Assembly (NCBI GenBank): GCA_023146545.1 | Contig: JAGLBW010000070.1 | Location: forward strand, 1 to 43,414 | Origin: Cocleimonas sp. | GTDB taxonomy: Bacteria > Pseudomonadota > Gammaproteobacteria > Thiotrichales > Thiotrichaceae | DNA: 43,414 nucleotides | Reading direction: 5' to 3' | Shown here: piece after piece, positions 18,160-28,084 of the stretch | Layout of the letters: every line of letters begins with the position of its first letter | Numbering within the stretch: position 1 is the first letter of the stretch | The notes under the pieces: generated by a model | Told to the model about the DNA's origin: nothing | The model's input: only the letters and a program-made list of their open reading frames with translations | Databases searched by the model: none | Translations under genes and position numbers: made by a program

Positions 18160-18825
18160 CTACGGTCTAAATCTGGGTTTGTCTACCCCTGAGACACCGA
18201 TTCGTTCTGCCATAAAATAAGCGACAACAGCCCCTAAGTATTCTAAACGCGGACTTAACCAGCGGGCTTGTGCAGGACAACTCATTTCACCTAACTCTAA
18301 AACCAACTCAGCGTCACTGGCAACGGTATAGCGGTAGTTATAATAATATTTTAGATTTTTCGAGAAATTATCTTTCATCCATTGAAAAGGAAAAATATCA
18401 CGGTATAAACGTTTCCACTCCTTCGCGGCACTACGATCTGAGGCGTGATTAAAACCAATCGAAGCCCCTGTTTTACAGGCGTGTTGACTCCCATCAAAAT
18501 GAATAGAAACGGCGAGCTTAATGTGACTAACCCGTTTTCTATCGGCTTTTGCCCGAATCACACGAACCCCTGCATCCCGCAAAATTCGGGTGGCTTCATC
18601 GGCGACAATTACGGTCCAATCAATTTCTCTTCCGTATTTTGAAACGGAGCCTGTATTACCAAAAATGCGTCCTTCATGTCCTGCCTGAATATAAACATCA
18701 GCATCTTCAGGTTGTTTGTTGTATTCCGTTAGTAAGAGTACAAAAATACCCACGATGATAAGGAGTAACAAAAAAGCAATCAAATTAGATTGATTTCGCT
18801 TTGTTCCCTTTGCTTGTTTAGTCAA
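18160..18825 (-). CDS. Membrane-anchored N-acetylmuramoyl-L-alanine amidase-like protein (Amidase_3-like)
   Basis: N-terminal TM segment (LIAFLLLLIIVGIFVLLL). YIQAGHEGR and AVSIHFDG resemble the zinc-ligand regions of Amidase_3 enzymes. Confidence 0.45.
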   Translation of the reverse strand: MTKQAKGTKRNQSNLIAFLLLLIIVGIFVLLLTEYNKQPEDADVYIQAGHEGRIFGNTGSVSKYGREIDWTVIVADEATRILRDAGVRVIRAKADRKRVSHIKLAVSIHFDGSQHACKTGASIGFNHASDRSAAKEWKRLYRDIFPFQWMKDNFSKNLKYYYNYRYTVASDAELVLELGEMSCPAQARWLSPRLEYLGAVVAYFMAERIGVSGVDKPRFRP

Positions 18826-18948
18826 TACTATATCCTCGAAAAATAGGGGGGTATTCTAATCAGCCCATCGTCTTTAGGAAAGATTGATCTTTCGTATCAA
18901 AAACTGCATTGTTACTTTTTTAATTTGTTTATAACAGGAAAATATTGT

Positions 18949-19197
18949 ATGCCACACCGTTCAGAACCCGTCATTGCAAAAAAAGCACCTTATGTTGTTG
19001 AACTAGAAGCAGGGAAAACTTATTACTGGTGCTCTTGTGGTCGCTCCGAAAGTCAGCCTTTTTGTGATGGTTCGCATAAAGGAACGAATTTTCAGCCTGT
19101 AAAAATAGTGCCTGATGAGACTAAAAAAGTAGGGTTATGTGGTTGCAAGCACACTAAAAAAGCCCCCCGTTGCGATCGTGCACACAGCAAGCTATAA
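18949..19197 (+). CDS. CDGSH iron-sulfur domain protein
   Basis: [18 protein letters not shown] plus a second motif, [19 protein letters not shown] at 18949 with an upstream AGGAAA. Confidence 0.8.
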   Translation: MPHRSEPVIAKKAPYVVELEAGKTYYWCSCGRSESQPFCDGSHKGTNFQPVKIVPDETKKVGLCGCKHTKKAPRCDRAHSKL

Positions 19198-19211
19198 CGA
19201 AAGGAAGCCTA

Positions 19212-19598
19212 ATGAGAATTTTACACACCATGTTACGGGTTGTTGATTTACAACGTTCGATTGATTTTTATACTCAAATTTTAGGGATGACATTATTGCG
19301 TCAAAAAAATTATCCAGAGGGAAAATTTACCCTCGCTTTTTTGGGGTATGGTGATGAGAAACAGAATACCGTCTTGGAGCTAACCCATAATTGGGAAACA
19401 GATCAGTATGACTTAGGGACAGGGTTTGGGCATCTTGCGCTTGAGGTCGATAATGTTTATGAGGCGACGGATAAAATAAAACAAGCAGGGGGTACCATTT
19501 TACGAGAAGCAGGTAAAATGAACGCAGGTTCAACCATCATCTCTTTTATTGAAGATCCTGATGGCTATCAAATTGAATTAATTGGAGTTAAAGGTTAA
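19212..19598 (+). CDS. gloA: Lactoylglutathione lyase (glyoxalase I)
   Basis: [26 protein letters not shown]...LELTHNWE...[11 protein letters not shown]...[13 protein letters not shown] is collinear with E. coli GloA. Confidence 0.92.
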   Translation: MRILHTMLRVVDLQRSIDFYTQILGMTLLRQKNYPEGKFTLAFLGYGDEKQNTVLELTHNWETDQYDLGTGFGHLALEVDNVYEATDKIKQAGGTILREAGKMNAGSTIISFIEDPDGYQIELIGVKG

Positions 19599-19692
19599 TG
19601 TCGAAGACTGTCCTTATTTGGTGCTATCAGGTGCTTTAACCCCGAATAGACAGGCAGGGCTAAAGTGTCCAATTTCGTTGTAGATTTAGGTG

Positions 19693-19920
19693 CTATTTTA
19701 AGATGTGAGAAGCAGAGACAGCCTTGATGACGGTCTCTGCATCCTCGCTATAACGGTATGTCTTATTGCGCTGTTTTAGCAGAATTTCATGATACATACC
19801 TGCCATTGCTTTTAGTTTTGTTTTCTTGAGTTGTTGTTGGTTTGCTAGTTTGAATAATAATAAACCAATGGATAAACCAATGAGTATGCCACTGAATATA
19901 AAAAGCAATATAGGTATCAT
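19693..19920 (-). CDS. Small single-TM protein, paralog A (unknown function)
   Basis: 75 aa with an N-terminal TM helix and a basic helical tail. GGAGAT RBS. 34 of 75 positions are identical to the 20397-20624 product in my ungapped hand alignment. Confidence 0.6.
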   Translation of the reverse strand: MIPILLFIFSGILIGLSIGLLLFKLANQQQLKKTKLKAMAGMYHEILLKQRNKTYRYSEDAETVIKAVSASHILK

Positions 19921-20396
19921 TAGGCTTTATCTCCGATATAAATATAAATATACACTCGCTGCGCTAAGCAATAAACACTGACTTGCTTAAGCGATCGCTC
20001 TAAATGTTGCTAATTTTGAGGTTCGTTTCAATAAAAATAAAGTGATCTAGAAGCTCATCCAAGAGCAGACCATTTTGAAGTAAGGTAGCTTGCCTAAAGA
20101 TGACAACATAGAGTAAACAGAGGATACCGAAAAAGTATTGACGGTATTTCTTTTATGATCTCCATACGCCCTATGGTGTCATCTTTTTCTAGATTTTTGC
20201 TACAGGTCGCTTTCTCTATCAATTCTCTAAGAGGTTGACAGAGCGTTGTATTCTTCTTTCAGTTATAGTCATCATTTTATTTTTCTTTCAAGAAAAGAAT
20301 TGGGGATCCATTCCAAAAAAAATGTTCAAAAAATTAACAATAAATACAATAATATATTATTTATCAGAAAGATATAAAACAGTGATAATTATTGTA

Positions 20397-20624
20397 TTAT
20401 TTGAAAATTTTAGCAAGATGAGAGGCATTAATAATGCCTCTCACCTCTTGACTGTATTGATAAGTCTTATCTTCCTTTTTTTCCAATATTTCATTATAAA
20501 ACCGAAACATTGCCCGCTGTTTGGTGCGTTTTAGCTCTTTTGCTGTTGCAACATTGAAAAGTAGCAAGGAAATGGATATTCCAAGGAATACCCCAGAAAG
20601 AATCGATAAGAGTACAAATGACAT
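20397..20624 (-). CDS. Small single-TM protein, paralog B (unknown function)
   Basis: 75 aa with the same architecture as 19693-19920. Shared motifs are SG..LG.SI.LLLF, LK.TK..AM, Y.EIL.K, KTY.YS and a terminal K. Confidence 0.6.
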   Translation of the reverse strand: MSFVLLSILSGVFLGISISLLLFNVATAKELKRTKQRAMFRFYNEILEKKEDKTYQYSQEVRGIINASHLAKIFK

Positions 20625-20710
20625 GGTTGCCTTTTTATTATTATTATTTTTAGAGTGAAAAGATAGATAGGTCTTTTTCTAAGCAGTTAAACGCTTAGGT
20701 AGACTCCTTG

Positions 20711-21148
20711 CTAATTCACGCGAACAGTATAAAACAAAGTACTTGTTTTGTAAGGACTAAGTTTAAGGGTTGGTGAATTAATTTGGGCTGAATTAAGGGG
20801 TGGGAATAGGGTGTTTATGTATTGTTTTTTATCGTTATACAAGATCATACTCCCTTTTACTAGCGTCGTATGCTCAGGAATGTTACCACTAATTACAATA
20901 TTTTCAATGGTTTGGTTGCTATTGTTGGTTGCTGTTATTCGATAACGAAGACATTGTTTGGATAAAACAGTTTGTGATGGGGTTTGGGTGTATGCTACAT
21001 CAACAGAACGATCACAGTACTGATCAATGGCGTGTTGTAGCTGAAGTGTTAAAGGCTGCGCTGCAATATCAATATTGAGGGGTATTATAAAAATGCTGAA
21101 GAAGAAAAGCCGACAGTATTTTGAGTCTTGGTTAAGTAAAAATCTCAT
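20711..21148 (-). CDS. Secreted DUF11-like (conserved repeat domain) protein
   Basis: Hydrophobic signal-like N-terminus. LRYRITATNNSNQTIENIVISGNIPEHTTLVKGS matches the DUF11 / conserved-repeat-domain pattern. Confidence 0.45.
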   Translation of the reverse strand: MRFLLNQDSKYCRLFFFSIFIIPLNIDIAAQPLTLQLQHAIDQYCDRSVDVAYTQTPSQTVLSKQCLRYRITATNNSNQTIENIVISGNIPEHTTLVKGSMILYNDKKQYINTLFPPLNSAQINSPTLKLSPYKTSTLFYTVRVN

Positions 21149-21508
21149 GGTATTCCTAAATAATCTGAAAGGGGGCTAGAAGTGTTTAGGAATAACTTAA
21201 TGTTTGCTGAATTGTTCCGCATTAAAACATAAGATAATGGGTGGGAAATAGTATCTTGACGGTGGTTTTTCTCTTGTTACAAGCTTACGTTGATAATTAA
21301 TTTAGTATATTGACACCTATTAATAACCACCGTTAACACAATTAAGCGTGATAAAAGTCTATCTTTCCTTGAATAATACCCTTTAATATAGGTATTATCA
21401 GAGCGCAGGCTCTTTATACTAAAAATAATTATTTGAAATTTCCCTGATGGGTTACGCTTAGTATGTGAGGGAGACTGTTTCATTTCATAAAAAATTAGGA
21501 CATCAATA

Positions 21509-22531
21509 ATGAAAAAAAGAATACTTCTTGGATTAGCAACAGTTGCGCTTTTATCAACAGCTGCTTATGCAGAAAAGTCAGATAAAAAAATGAGTACACT
21601 GGACAGTGTTAAGAAAGCAGGCATTTTGAAGTGCGGTGTAACCACAGGTCTTGCAGGCTTCTCAGCAGCAGATAAAAAAGGTAATTGGACAGGACTTGAT
21701 GTGGATACCTGTCGTGGTATTGCAGCAGCAGTATTAGGGGATGCGACAAAAGTTAAATTTAATCCATTAACGGCAAAAGAACGTTTTACCGCGCTACAAT
21801 CAGGTGAAATTGATGTGTTGTCACGCAATACGACATGGACATTAACTCGTGATGCCTCTCTGGGTTTAAACTTTGCAGGTGTTAACTATTACGACGGTCA
21901 GGGTTTTTTAGTCAGTAAAAAATTAGGGGTTAAAAGCGTTAATGATCTTGACGGTGCGCAGGTTTGTATTCAAGCAGGAACAACCACCGAGTTAAACTTA
22001 GCCGATTATTTTAAATCACATAATATGAAGTTTAAAGCGATCACGTTTGATACTTCTGATCAAACGATCAAAGGTTTTGAAGCAGGACGTTGTGATATGT
22101 TAACGTCTGATCAGTCTCAGTTATATGCACTGCGTATTAAACTGGCTAAACCTGAAGATGCGATTGTATTACCTGAAGTTATTTCTAAAGAGCCGTTAGG
22201 ACCCGTAGTACGTCAAGGTGATGATCAGTGGTTTAACATTGTTAAATGGTCATTAAATGCAATGATTAATGCAGAAGAGCTCGGTGTAAGCAAAGCCAAT
22301 GCTAAAGCGATGAAGAAGAGCAAAGACCCTGCTATTGGTCGCTTAATGGGTGGACAAGGCGAGAAACTTGGATTAAGTGATGATTGGTCTTACAATATTA
22401 TCAGTCAAGTGGGTAACTATGCTGAAATCTTTGAAGCCAATGTTGGTAAAGACTCTCCTCTTAAGATTGATCGTGGTTTAAATGCGTTATGGAATAAAGG
22501 CGGTATTATGTACGCACCACCTATTCGTTAA
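21509..22531 (+). CDS. aapJ: General L-amino acid ABC transporter substrate-binding protein
   Basis: Collinear with Rhizobium AapJ: KERFTALQSGEIDVLSRNTTWT, YYDGQGF, GTTTELNLADYFK, ISKEPLGPVVRQGDDQWFNIV. Confidence 0.88.
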   Translation: MKKRILLGLATVALLSTAAYAEKSDKKMSTLDSVKKAGILKCGVTTGLAGFSAADKKGNWTGLDVDTCRGIAAAVLGDATKVKFNPLTAKERFTALQSGEIDVLSRNTTWTLTRDASLGLNFAGVNYYDGQGFLVSKKLGVKSVNDLDGAQVCIQAGTTTELNLADYFKSHNMKFKAITFDTSDQTIKGFEAGRCDMLTSDQSQLYALRIKLAKPEDAIVLPEVISKEPLGPVVRQGDDQWFNIVKWSLNAMINAEELGVSKANAKAMKKSKDPAIGRLMGGQGEKLGLSDDWSYNIISQVGNYAEIFEANVGKDSPLKIDRGLNALWNKGGIMYAPPIR

Positions 22532-22540
22532 GCGTTAATA

Positions 22541-22572
22541 AAAAAGAGCCTATATTATAGGCTCTTTTTTTT
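22541..22572 (+). terminator. Rho-independent terminator or attenuator after aapJ
   Basis: aaaaagagcctata-t-tataggctc followed by tttttttt. Confidence 0.75.
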
Positions 22573-22697
22573 GCTAATACGTTAATAATTTAAGCGCATT
22601 ATTTAAACAATATTAAAAAATAATGCTTATTATGCTTAGATTATTAACGTATTAGTGAGCTGCCTCTATCCCTTTTATCTCGTGGCGACTTAGCATT

Positions 22698-23885
22698 ATG
22701 AATGACTCTAAAAATGAATTAACCCCCAGCAAGCCTCCTTTTTGGAATAACCCAAAATATCGCGCCTTAGTGTTTCAAGTTGTTTTAATTTCAATCGTTG
22801 CCTATTTTTTATTTAGTGTAATTCAAAATACTTTAGGTAATATGGAAGCGCGGGGTATTTCGACAGGTTTTGCTTTTCTATCAGAAACATCAGGGTTTGA
22901 TATTTTACAAAAACTAATCCCCTATAGCTCTGAATCGACTTATGGTGATACGTTTGTTGTTGGTTTATTAAATACGCTATTGATCAGTGCACTAGGTATT
23001 GTCTTCGCGACTATTCTAGGCTTTATCGTTGGTATTGCACGACTGTCTAATAATTGGCTGATTGCTAAAATAGCGCTTGTTTATATTGAGATTTTTCGCA
23101 ATATTCCCCTCTTGATTCAAATGCTCTTTTGGTATCTTGTAGTGTTACGTGCGATGCCATCCGCTCGGGATAGTTTTTCCTTATTTGATAGCTTTTTTCT
23201 TAATGTGCGCGGTTTATACCTACCAGCACCTGTACTGGGAGATGGTTTTTTATACACCAGCATTGCCCTCATCATTGCCCTTGTTGCCGTATTTGTTCTT
23301 AAACGGTGGGCAAAGCATCGACAAGAAAAAACAGGTAAAGCTTTTCCCACAGTATGGGTCTCATTGGGTCTCCTTATCCTTTTTCCATTGTTTGTCTTTC
23401 TGATGTCAGGCGCTCCTTTATCATGGGAGATTCCTGAGTTAAAAGGCTTTAACTTTCAAGGTGGGATTACCTTAATTCCAGAACTTTTTGCCTTATTACT
23501 CGCGATTAGCATCTACACGGCTACCTTTATTGCAGAAATTGTTCGATCCGGTATCGAAGCGGTCAATCATGGACAAACTGAAGCCGCATTATCGGTTGGT
23601 TTAAATCGTTCTCAAACCTTACGCCTTGTGGTTATTCCTCAAGCGATGCGCGTCATTATTCCCCCCATGACCAGCCAATATTTAAACCTAGCCAAGAATT
23701 CATCCCTTGCCACCGCGATTGGTTATCCTGATATTGTTTCTGTCTTTATGGGAACTACCTTAAATCAAACGGGGCAAGCGGTTGAAATTATTGCCATGAC
23801 GATGGCAGTTTATTTGGTCTTAAGCCTAACCATTTCCTTATTTATGAATTGGTATAACGCCAAAATGTCATTAGTCGAGCGATAG
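22698..23885 (+). CDS. aapQ: General L-amino acid ABC transporter permease
   Basis: Multi-TM protein of 395 aa with the EAA-type loop EAALSVGLNRSQTLRLVVIPQA. Second gene of the aap order. Confidence 0.82.
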   Translation: MNDSKNELTPSKPPFWNNPKYRALVFQVVLISIVAYFLFSVIQNTLGNMEARGISTGFAFLSETSGFDILQKLIPYSSESTYGDTFVVGLLNTLLISALGIVFATILGFIVGIARLSNNWLIAKIALVYIEIFRNIPLLIQMLFWYLVVLRAMPSARDSFSLFDSFFLNVRGLYLPAPVLGDGFLYTSIALIIALVAVFVLKRWAKHRQEKTGKAFPTVWVSLGLLILFPLFVFLMSGAPLSWEIPELKGFNFQGGITLIPELFALLLAISIYTATFIAEIVRSGIEAVNHGQTEAALSVGLNRSQTLRLVVIPQAMRVIIPPMTSQYLNLAKNSSLATAIGYPDIVSVFMGTTLNQTGQAVEIIAMTMAVYLVLSLTISLFMNWYNAKMSLVER

Positions 23886-23897
23886 GAACTTTAATTT

Positions 23898-25007
23898 ATG
23901 TACGTCACTGACCATATTCTTCCTGCTTTACCTGCACCGAGTGACTCCAAAGGTGTGCTACATTGGTTAAAAACTAACCTTTTTTCTAGCCCTATTAATA
24001 TTGTATTGACCTTATTAGGTTTATTGCTGGTTTATAAAATCCTTCCACCCATTATCGATTGGGTTTTTATTAATGCCACTTGGACTGCTGATAACAGTGC
24101 AGAATGCAAAGGCGAGGAGAAAGGAGCATGTTGGGCTTTTATCTCCAATCGCTTTGGTCAAGTCATGTACGGGTTTTATCCACCCGAACAGTTCTGGCGA
24201 CCAAACCTTGCAGGTATTTTACTCATATTACTCACCATCCCTTTATTCTTTGAAAAAACACCTAAAAAAGTAATTTTAGGGGGTTTTGTTCTTGTTGTTT
24301 TCCCTTTTATTGCCTTTGTACTCATTCATGGTGGTTATTTTGGCTTATCAACAATAGAAACAGATAAATGGGGCGGCTTAATGCTGACATTGATTATCTC
24401 TTTTGTTGGTATTTTATGTGCGCTACCGTTAGGCATTATTTTAGCTTTAGGTCGACGTTCTAATATGCCGATTGTTAAATCAATCTGTGTTATTTTTATA
24501 GAATTTTGGCGTGGTGTACCGTTAATTACCGTGCTGTTTATGTCATCCGTCATGTTGCCTTTATTTTTTAGTGGTGGCACTGATTTTGACAAACTTGCCC
24601 GCGCCATGATTGGTATTATCTTATTTCAATCTGCCTATGTTGCCGAAGTAGTCCGTGGCGGTTTACAAGCCATTCCCAAAGGACAATATGAAGCAGCGGT
24701 TGCCATGGGGCTTAGCTATTGGAAAAGCATGTTTCTGATTATCCTGCCACAAGCGTTAAAGTTGGTGATTCCAGGTTTAGTGAATACCTTTATTGCACTG
24801 TTTAAAGACACCACCCTTGTGCTAACGATTGGTTTGTTTGATCTTCTCGCAATTGTCGAAAATGTGCTTGGCTCAGACTCTGCATGGTTAGGCTTTCATA
24901 CTGAAGGATTAGTCTTTGCTGCCTTTGTTTTCTGGATGTTCTGTTTTGCCATGTCACGTTACAGCATGTCATTGGAAAGAAAATTACATACAGGTCATAC
25001 TCACTAG
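23898..25007 (+). CDS. aapM: General L-amino acid ABC transporter permease
   Basis: Multi-TM protein of 369 aa with the EAA loop YEAAVAMGLSYWKSMFLIILPQA. Confidence 0.82.
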   Translation: MYVTDHILPALPAPSDSKGVLHWLKTNLFSSPINIVLTLLGLLLVYKILPPIIDWVFINATWTADNSAECKGEEKGACWAFISNRFGQVMYGFYPPEQFWRPNLAGILLILLTIPLFFEKTPKKVILGGFVLVVFPFIAFVLIHGGYFGLSTIETDKWGGLMLTLIISFVGILCALPLGIILALGRRSNMPIVKSICVIFIEFWRGVPLITVLFMSSVMLPLFFSGGTDFDKLARAMIGIILFQSAYVAEVVRGGLQAIPKGQYEAAVAMGLSYWKSMFLIILPQALKLVIPGLVNTFIALFKDTTLVLTIGLFDLLAIVENVLGSDSAWLGFHTEGLVFAAFVFWMFCFAMSRYSMSLERKLHTGHTH

Positions 25008-25084
25008 AACACTTTTTTATTAAAAAATTGAGGGCTTAGTCTTTTTAAGGTCTCAATAGCGCCTAAGCATCATCGAGACAGACT

Positions 25085-25852
25085 ATGAATCAAACCAATA
25101 AGAACACAGAGCAACCCTATGCCATTGAGATGATCAATTTAAACAAATGGTATGGCGATTTTCACGTTCTAAAAGACATCAATCTGAAAGTAAAACATGG
25201 CGAGCGTATCGTTATTTGTGGCCCTTCAGGCTCAGGAAAATCCACGGTTATTCGCTGTATTAATCACCTTGAAGAACATCAGCAAGGACAAATTATGGTT
25301 AACGGTAAAGAAATTACAGGGGATATAAAGCAACTCGAACAACTACGCACTGATGTCGGAATGTGTTTCCAACACTTTAATCTCTTCCCCCACCTCAGTA
25401 TTTTAGATAACCTAACGTTAGCACCCATTTGGGTACGAAAAATTCCCAAGGCAGAGGCAGAAGCCACCGCCATGAAGTATTTGAAACGCGTTAAAATACC
25501 CGATCAAGCCAATAAATATCCAGGGCAACTTTCAGGTGGTCAACAACAACGGGTTGCGATAGCGCGGAGTCTTTGTATGAACCCAAAAATCATGTTATTT
25601 GACGAACCAACCTCAGCGCTTGATCCTGAAATGATTTCTGAAGTATTAGATGTGATGATCGAATTAGCCAATGAAGGGGGTATGACGATGGTCTGCGTCA
25701 CCCACGAAATGGGTTTTGCCAAACAAGTTGCCGATCGTGTTATTTTTATGGATGCAGGACAAATCATTGAAGAAAACACCCCTACTGAATTTTTTGATAA
25801 TCCGCAATCAGAACGTACCCAATTGTTTTTAAGTCAGATTATCGCACATTAA
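25085..25852 (+). CDS. aapP: Amino acid ABC transporter ATP-binding protein
   Basis: Walker [10 protein letters not shown], signature [13 protein letters not shown], Walker [12 protein letters not shown]. Confidence 0.9.
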   Translation: MNQTNKNTEQPYAIEMINLNKWYGDFHVLKDINLKVKHGERIVICGPSGSGKSTVIRCINHLEEHQQGQIMVNGKEITGDIKQLEQLRTDVGMCFQHFNLFPHLSILDNLTLAPIWVRKIPKAEAEATAMKYLKRVKIPDQANKYPGQLSGGQQQRVAIARSLCMNPKIMLFDEPTSALDPEMISEVLDVMIELANEGGMTMVCVTHEMGFAKQVADRVIFMDAGQIIEENTPTEFFDNPQSERTQLFLSQIIAH

Positions 25853-25856
25853 CTTC

Positions 25857-25903
25857 GCTGAATCTGTGGGGATAAACGGTATGAAAAATTTCACAGATTC
25901 AGC
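25857..25903. terminator. 12-bp perfect stem-loop between convergent aapP and the DUF457 gene
   Basis: gctgaatctgtg (25857-25868) pairs with cacagattcagc (25892-25903) across a 23-nt loop. No clean U-tract. Confidence 0.35.
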
Positions 25904-25922
25904 CTGTTATAAAACAGGGCTT

Positions 25923-26927
25923 CTAATCATCAAAAATCATGGAAAGTAATAAATTAAAGCTCTCTTTTCTGTTGCGGTGATTCATTGAGTAACGAATATG
26001 TGCTTCACTTGTCGCCTGTTTTGATAGTTCAATTCCCCAAAGTGCGATCAGTGTATTGGGTACCAGTGAATAGCGCATATCAATAATACGTTGTGGATTT
26101 TCAGGATCGACGGCGAGAAAATCAGCGGCAAACCAGCGAAAACGTTCAATATCTTTGGCTTGTTGCGAGTTTAGATCTAACCAAGGGAAATCGCGTTTAA
26201 CATCCAGTATCGCCAACTTTTTTCCTTGCCATACTTTCGATTGAAAGAGACCTGGTTTTACGGCATCAATATAAAAATAACCATCACTCTCATAAATGAT
26301 TTTCCAAACAACTAAATTACCAAAGCTGGGTTTTGCTGTTAAACGTTGTACTGAATGTCCTCTTTCTTCTGCTATTTTTTCGCCAATATTGATAGCCCGT
26401 TGATGTTGAATATAGCCTAAAGCTAGGTAGGCAACCATCCAAAGAACTCCCAAGACGACATAGCGACGGGATGATTTTTTAAACGCTAAATAAATGAAAA
26501 GCATCAGTGGCAGTGTAAACAGAGGGTCAATAATAGAAATAAATGACCCTGCAAAACGTTCATTACTCAGTGGCCATAAAAGCTGTGTACCGTAGGAGGT
26601 ACAGCCATCAAGTAATCCATGGGTTGCAAAACCGACCAAACACCAAATCAGGGTTTGTAAATAGCTAAGCTGCCATCGCTTACCCAAGAGAGGGTACAGT
26701 ACAAGACTGCAAAGAAGCCCCCCAATGGGGATAAAAAATAAGGAGTGGGTAAAATGACGGTGGAACTCTAAAAACAGCAAAGGGTCGCTTGATGAGCGAA
26801 TCAGCACATCAAGATCAGGTGCCATTCCTGCTAATCCACCAATAATGACGGCTTTACCCAGTTGTTTTGTTTTTGCTTGTGTTTGAGCCAATAATGCGCC
26901 GAGTACACCTTGAGTAATCAGATCCAT
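25923..26927 (-). CDS. Membrane-bound metal-dependent hydrolase (DUF457, YbcI/YdjM-like)
   Basis: MDLITQGVLGA N-terminus, several TM helices, and His-rich motifs (HRHFTHS, GFATHGLLD). Confidence 0.65.
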   Translation of the reverse strand: MDLITQGVLGALLAQTQAKTKQLGKAVIIGGLAGMAPDLDVLIRSSSDPLLFLEFHRHFTHSLFFIPIGGLLCSLVLYPLLGKRWQLSYLQTLIWCLVGFATHGLLDGCTSYGTQLLWPLSNERFAGSFISIIDPLFTLPLMLFIYLAFKKSSRRYVVLGVLWMVAYLALGYIQHQRAINIGEKIAEERGHSVQRLTAKPSFGNLVVWKIIYESDGYFYIDAVKPGLFQSKVWQGKKLAILDVKRDFPWLDLNSQQAKDIERFRWFAADFLAVDPENPQRIIDMRYSLVPNTLIALWGIELSKQATSEAHIRYSMNHRNRKESFNLLLSMIFDD

Positions 26928-27229
26928 AGGTTTTTCTTAATCCATTGAAAGCAAAAGTGGGTTGTTTTAATTACCCTGTTTATGACACTTGATTCTATAC
27001 ACCTTATTCCTTTTAATCATCCGCTAATCTCTCACAAAACAGGGGGGAACGCTAAAAAAGTGGTAGCATCCTGTCCATTGGTTCTGTGTAATGCACCGTC
27101 GTGCTATAAACAGCAGGATCGATACGTTGGGCTTAAGCGTTTGAAAGGCAATCCGATCAACTAATACAGCGCATTGACTAAATAATACACCTGAAATTAG
27201 AGCCTAATGCTAAAAATAACCATCAAAAC

Positions 27230-27841
27230 TTAAATAACCTGCCATGTGTGCTCAATTAATAGGTTTTGTTGGTCATAAAGTTGCACCTTAAAGTGATCAC
27301 CTTTTAAATAAATACCAACCCCTTTCGGAGTTCCTGTCATAATAATGTCACCTGTCTCCAGCGTACTAAATTGCTGTATTTCTTTTAGAATGACATTGGG
27401 TTTGTAGATCATCAAATCATAAGTCGCGGTTTGGGTGGAAATGTGGTTATGGTATAAAACCATTCGTAATTGTGTGATTGGGGTTTCTAATATTATAAAA
27501 GGGCTAAAAACGGCAGCACCATCAAATGCTTTAGCACGCTCCCAAGGTAATCCTTTTGCCTTCAATGTTGACTGTAATTGACGTTTGGTAATGTCTAATC
27601 CTAAACCAACGCCATACAGCCGCTGATTTTTTATCAAAAAACAAATTTCTCCTTCAAAATGATGCGGTTCGGTATCACCTGCAATAAGATCATCTGAAAT
27701 CGCACTGTTTGGTTTAAAAAAAATAACAGGTTCAGTAGGGATTTCATTATTCAACTCACGAATATGCTCAACAAAGTTTCGTCCAATACAGATAATTTTT
27801 GAAGGGGTTAGGGGGTTATGATTAAGGTTAATTGTATTCAT
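27230..27841 (-). CDS. Fumarylacetoacetate hydrolase family protein
   Basis: KIICIGRNFVEHIRE, FFKPNSA, EGEICF and GDIIMTGTPKGVG motifs. Confidence 0.8.
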   Translation of the reverse strand: MNTINLNHNPLTPSKIICIGRNFVEHIRELNNEIPTEPVIFFKPNSAISDDLIAGDTEPHHFEGEICFLIKNQRLYGVGLGLDITKRQLQSTLKAKGLPWERAKAFDGAAVFSPFIILETPITQLRMVLYHNHISTQTATYDLMIYKPNVILKEIQQFSTLETGDIIMTGTPKGVGIYLKGDHFKVQLYDQQNLLIEHTWQVI

Positions 27842-28084
27842 CTAAGAAGGTTTCCAAATCTAAACGTGTAACCTACCGTGTATTCCTTCGCTTTACACTG
27901 ACCTAATAATTCAATCGTCAAAATATCTAATACAGTATTTCCGAATATTAGCTTTTTCTGTTATAGTCAAAAATTGTTTTTCCCCTTTAGGGTATGATTT
28001 ATCTGGCACATAAAACAGGACAAGCAGGACTGTTAGGCGTTTTGAATAAGCCATTTAAGTTGCCATTGCCACGAGACGACAACT

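Noticed and set aside
20235-20534. 99-aa plus-strand ORF
   Set aside because: It overlaps, in antisense, the 20397-20624 gene, which is supported by a conserved paralog. Its low-complexity Ile/Phe-rich product is typical of AT-rich noise.
21277-21483. 68-aa minus-strand ORF in the aapJ upstream region
   Set aside because: It is intergenic, has no RBS and is compositionally noise-like. The region is better explained as a promoter or leader.
26928-27010. Searched for a LexA (SOS) box upstream of the DUF457/YdjM-like gene
   Set aside because: No CTGT-N8-ACAG match was seen. ctgtttatgacacttg lacks the ACAG half-site.
26982-27164. 60-aa plus-strand ORF between the DUF457 and FAH genes
   Set aside because: It has no RBS and no recognisable motifs, and it lies in the shared downstream/upstream region of two minus-strand genes.
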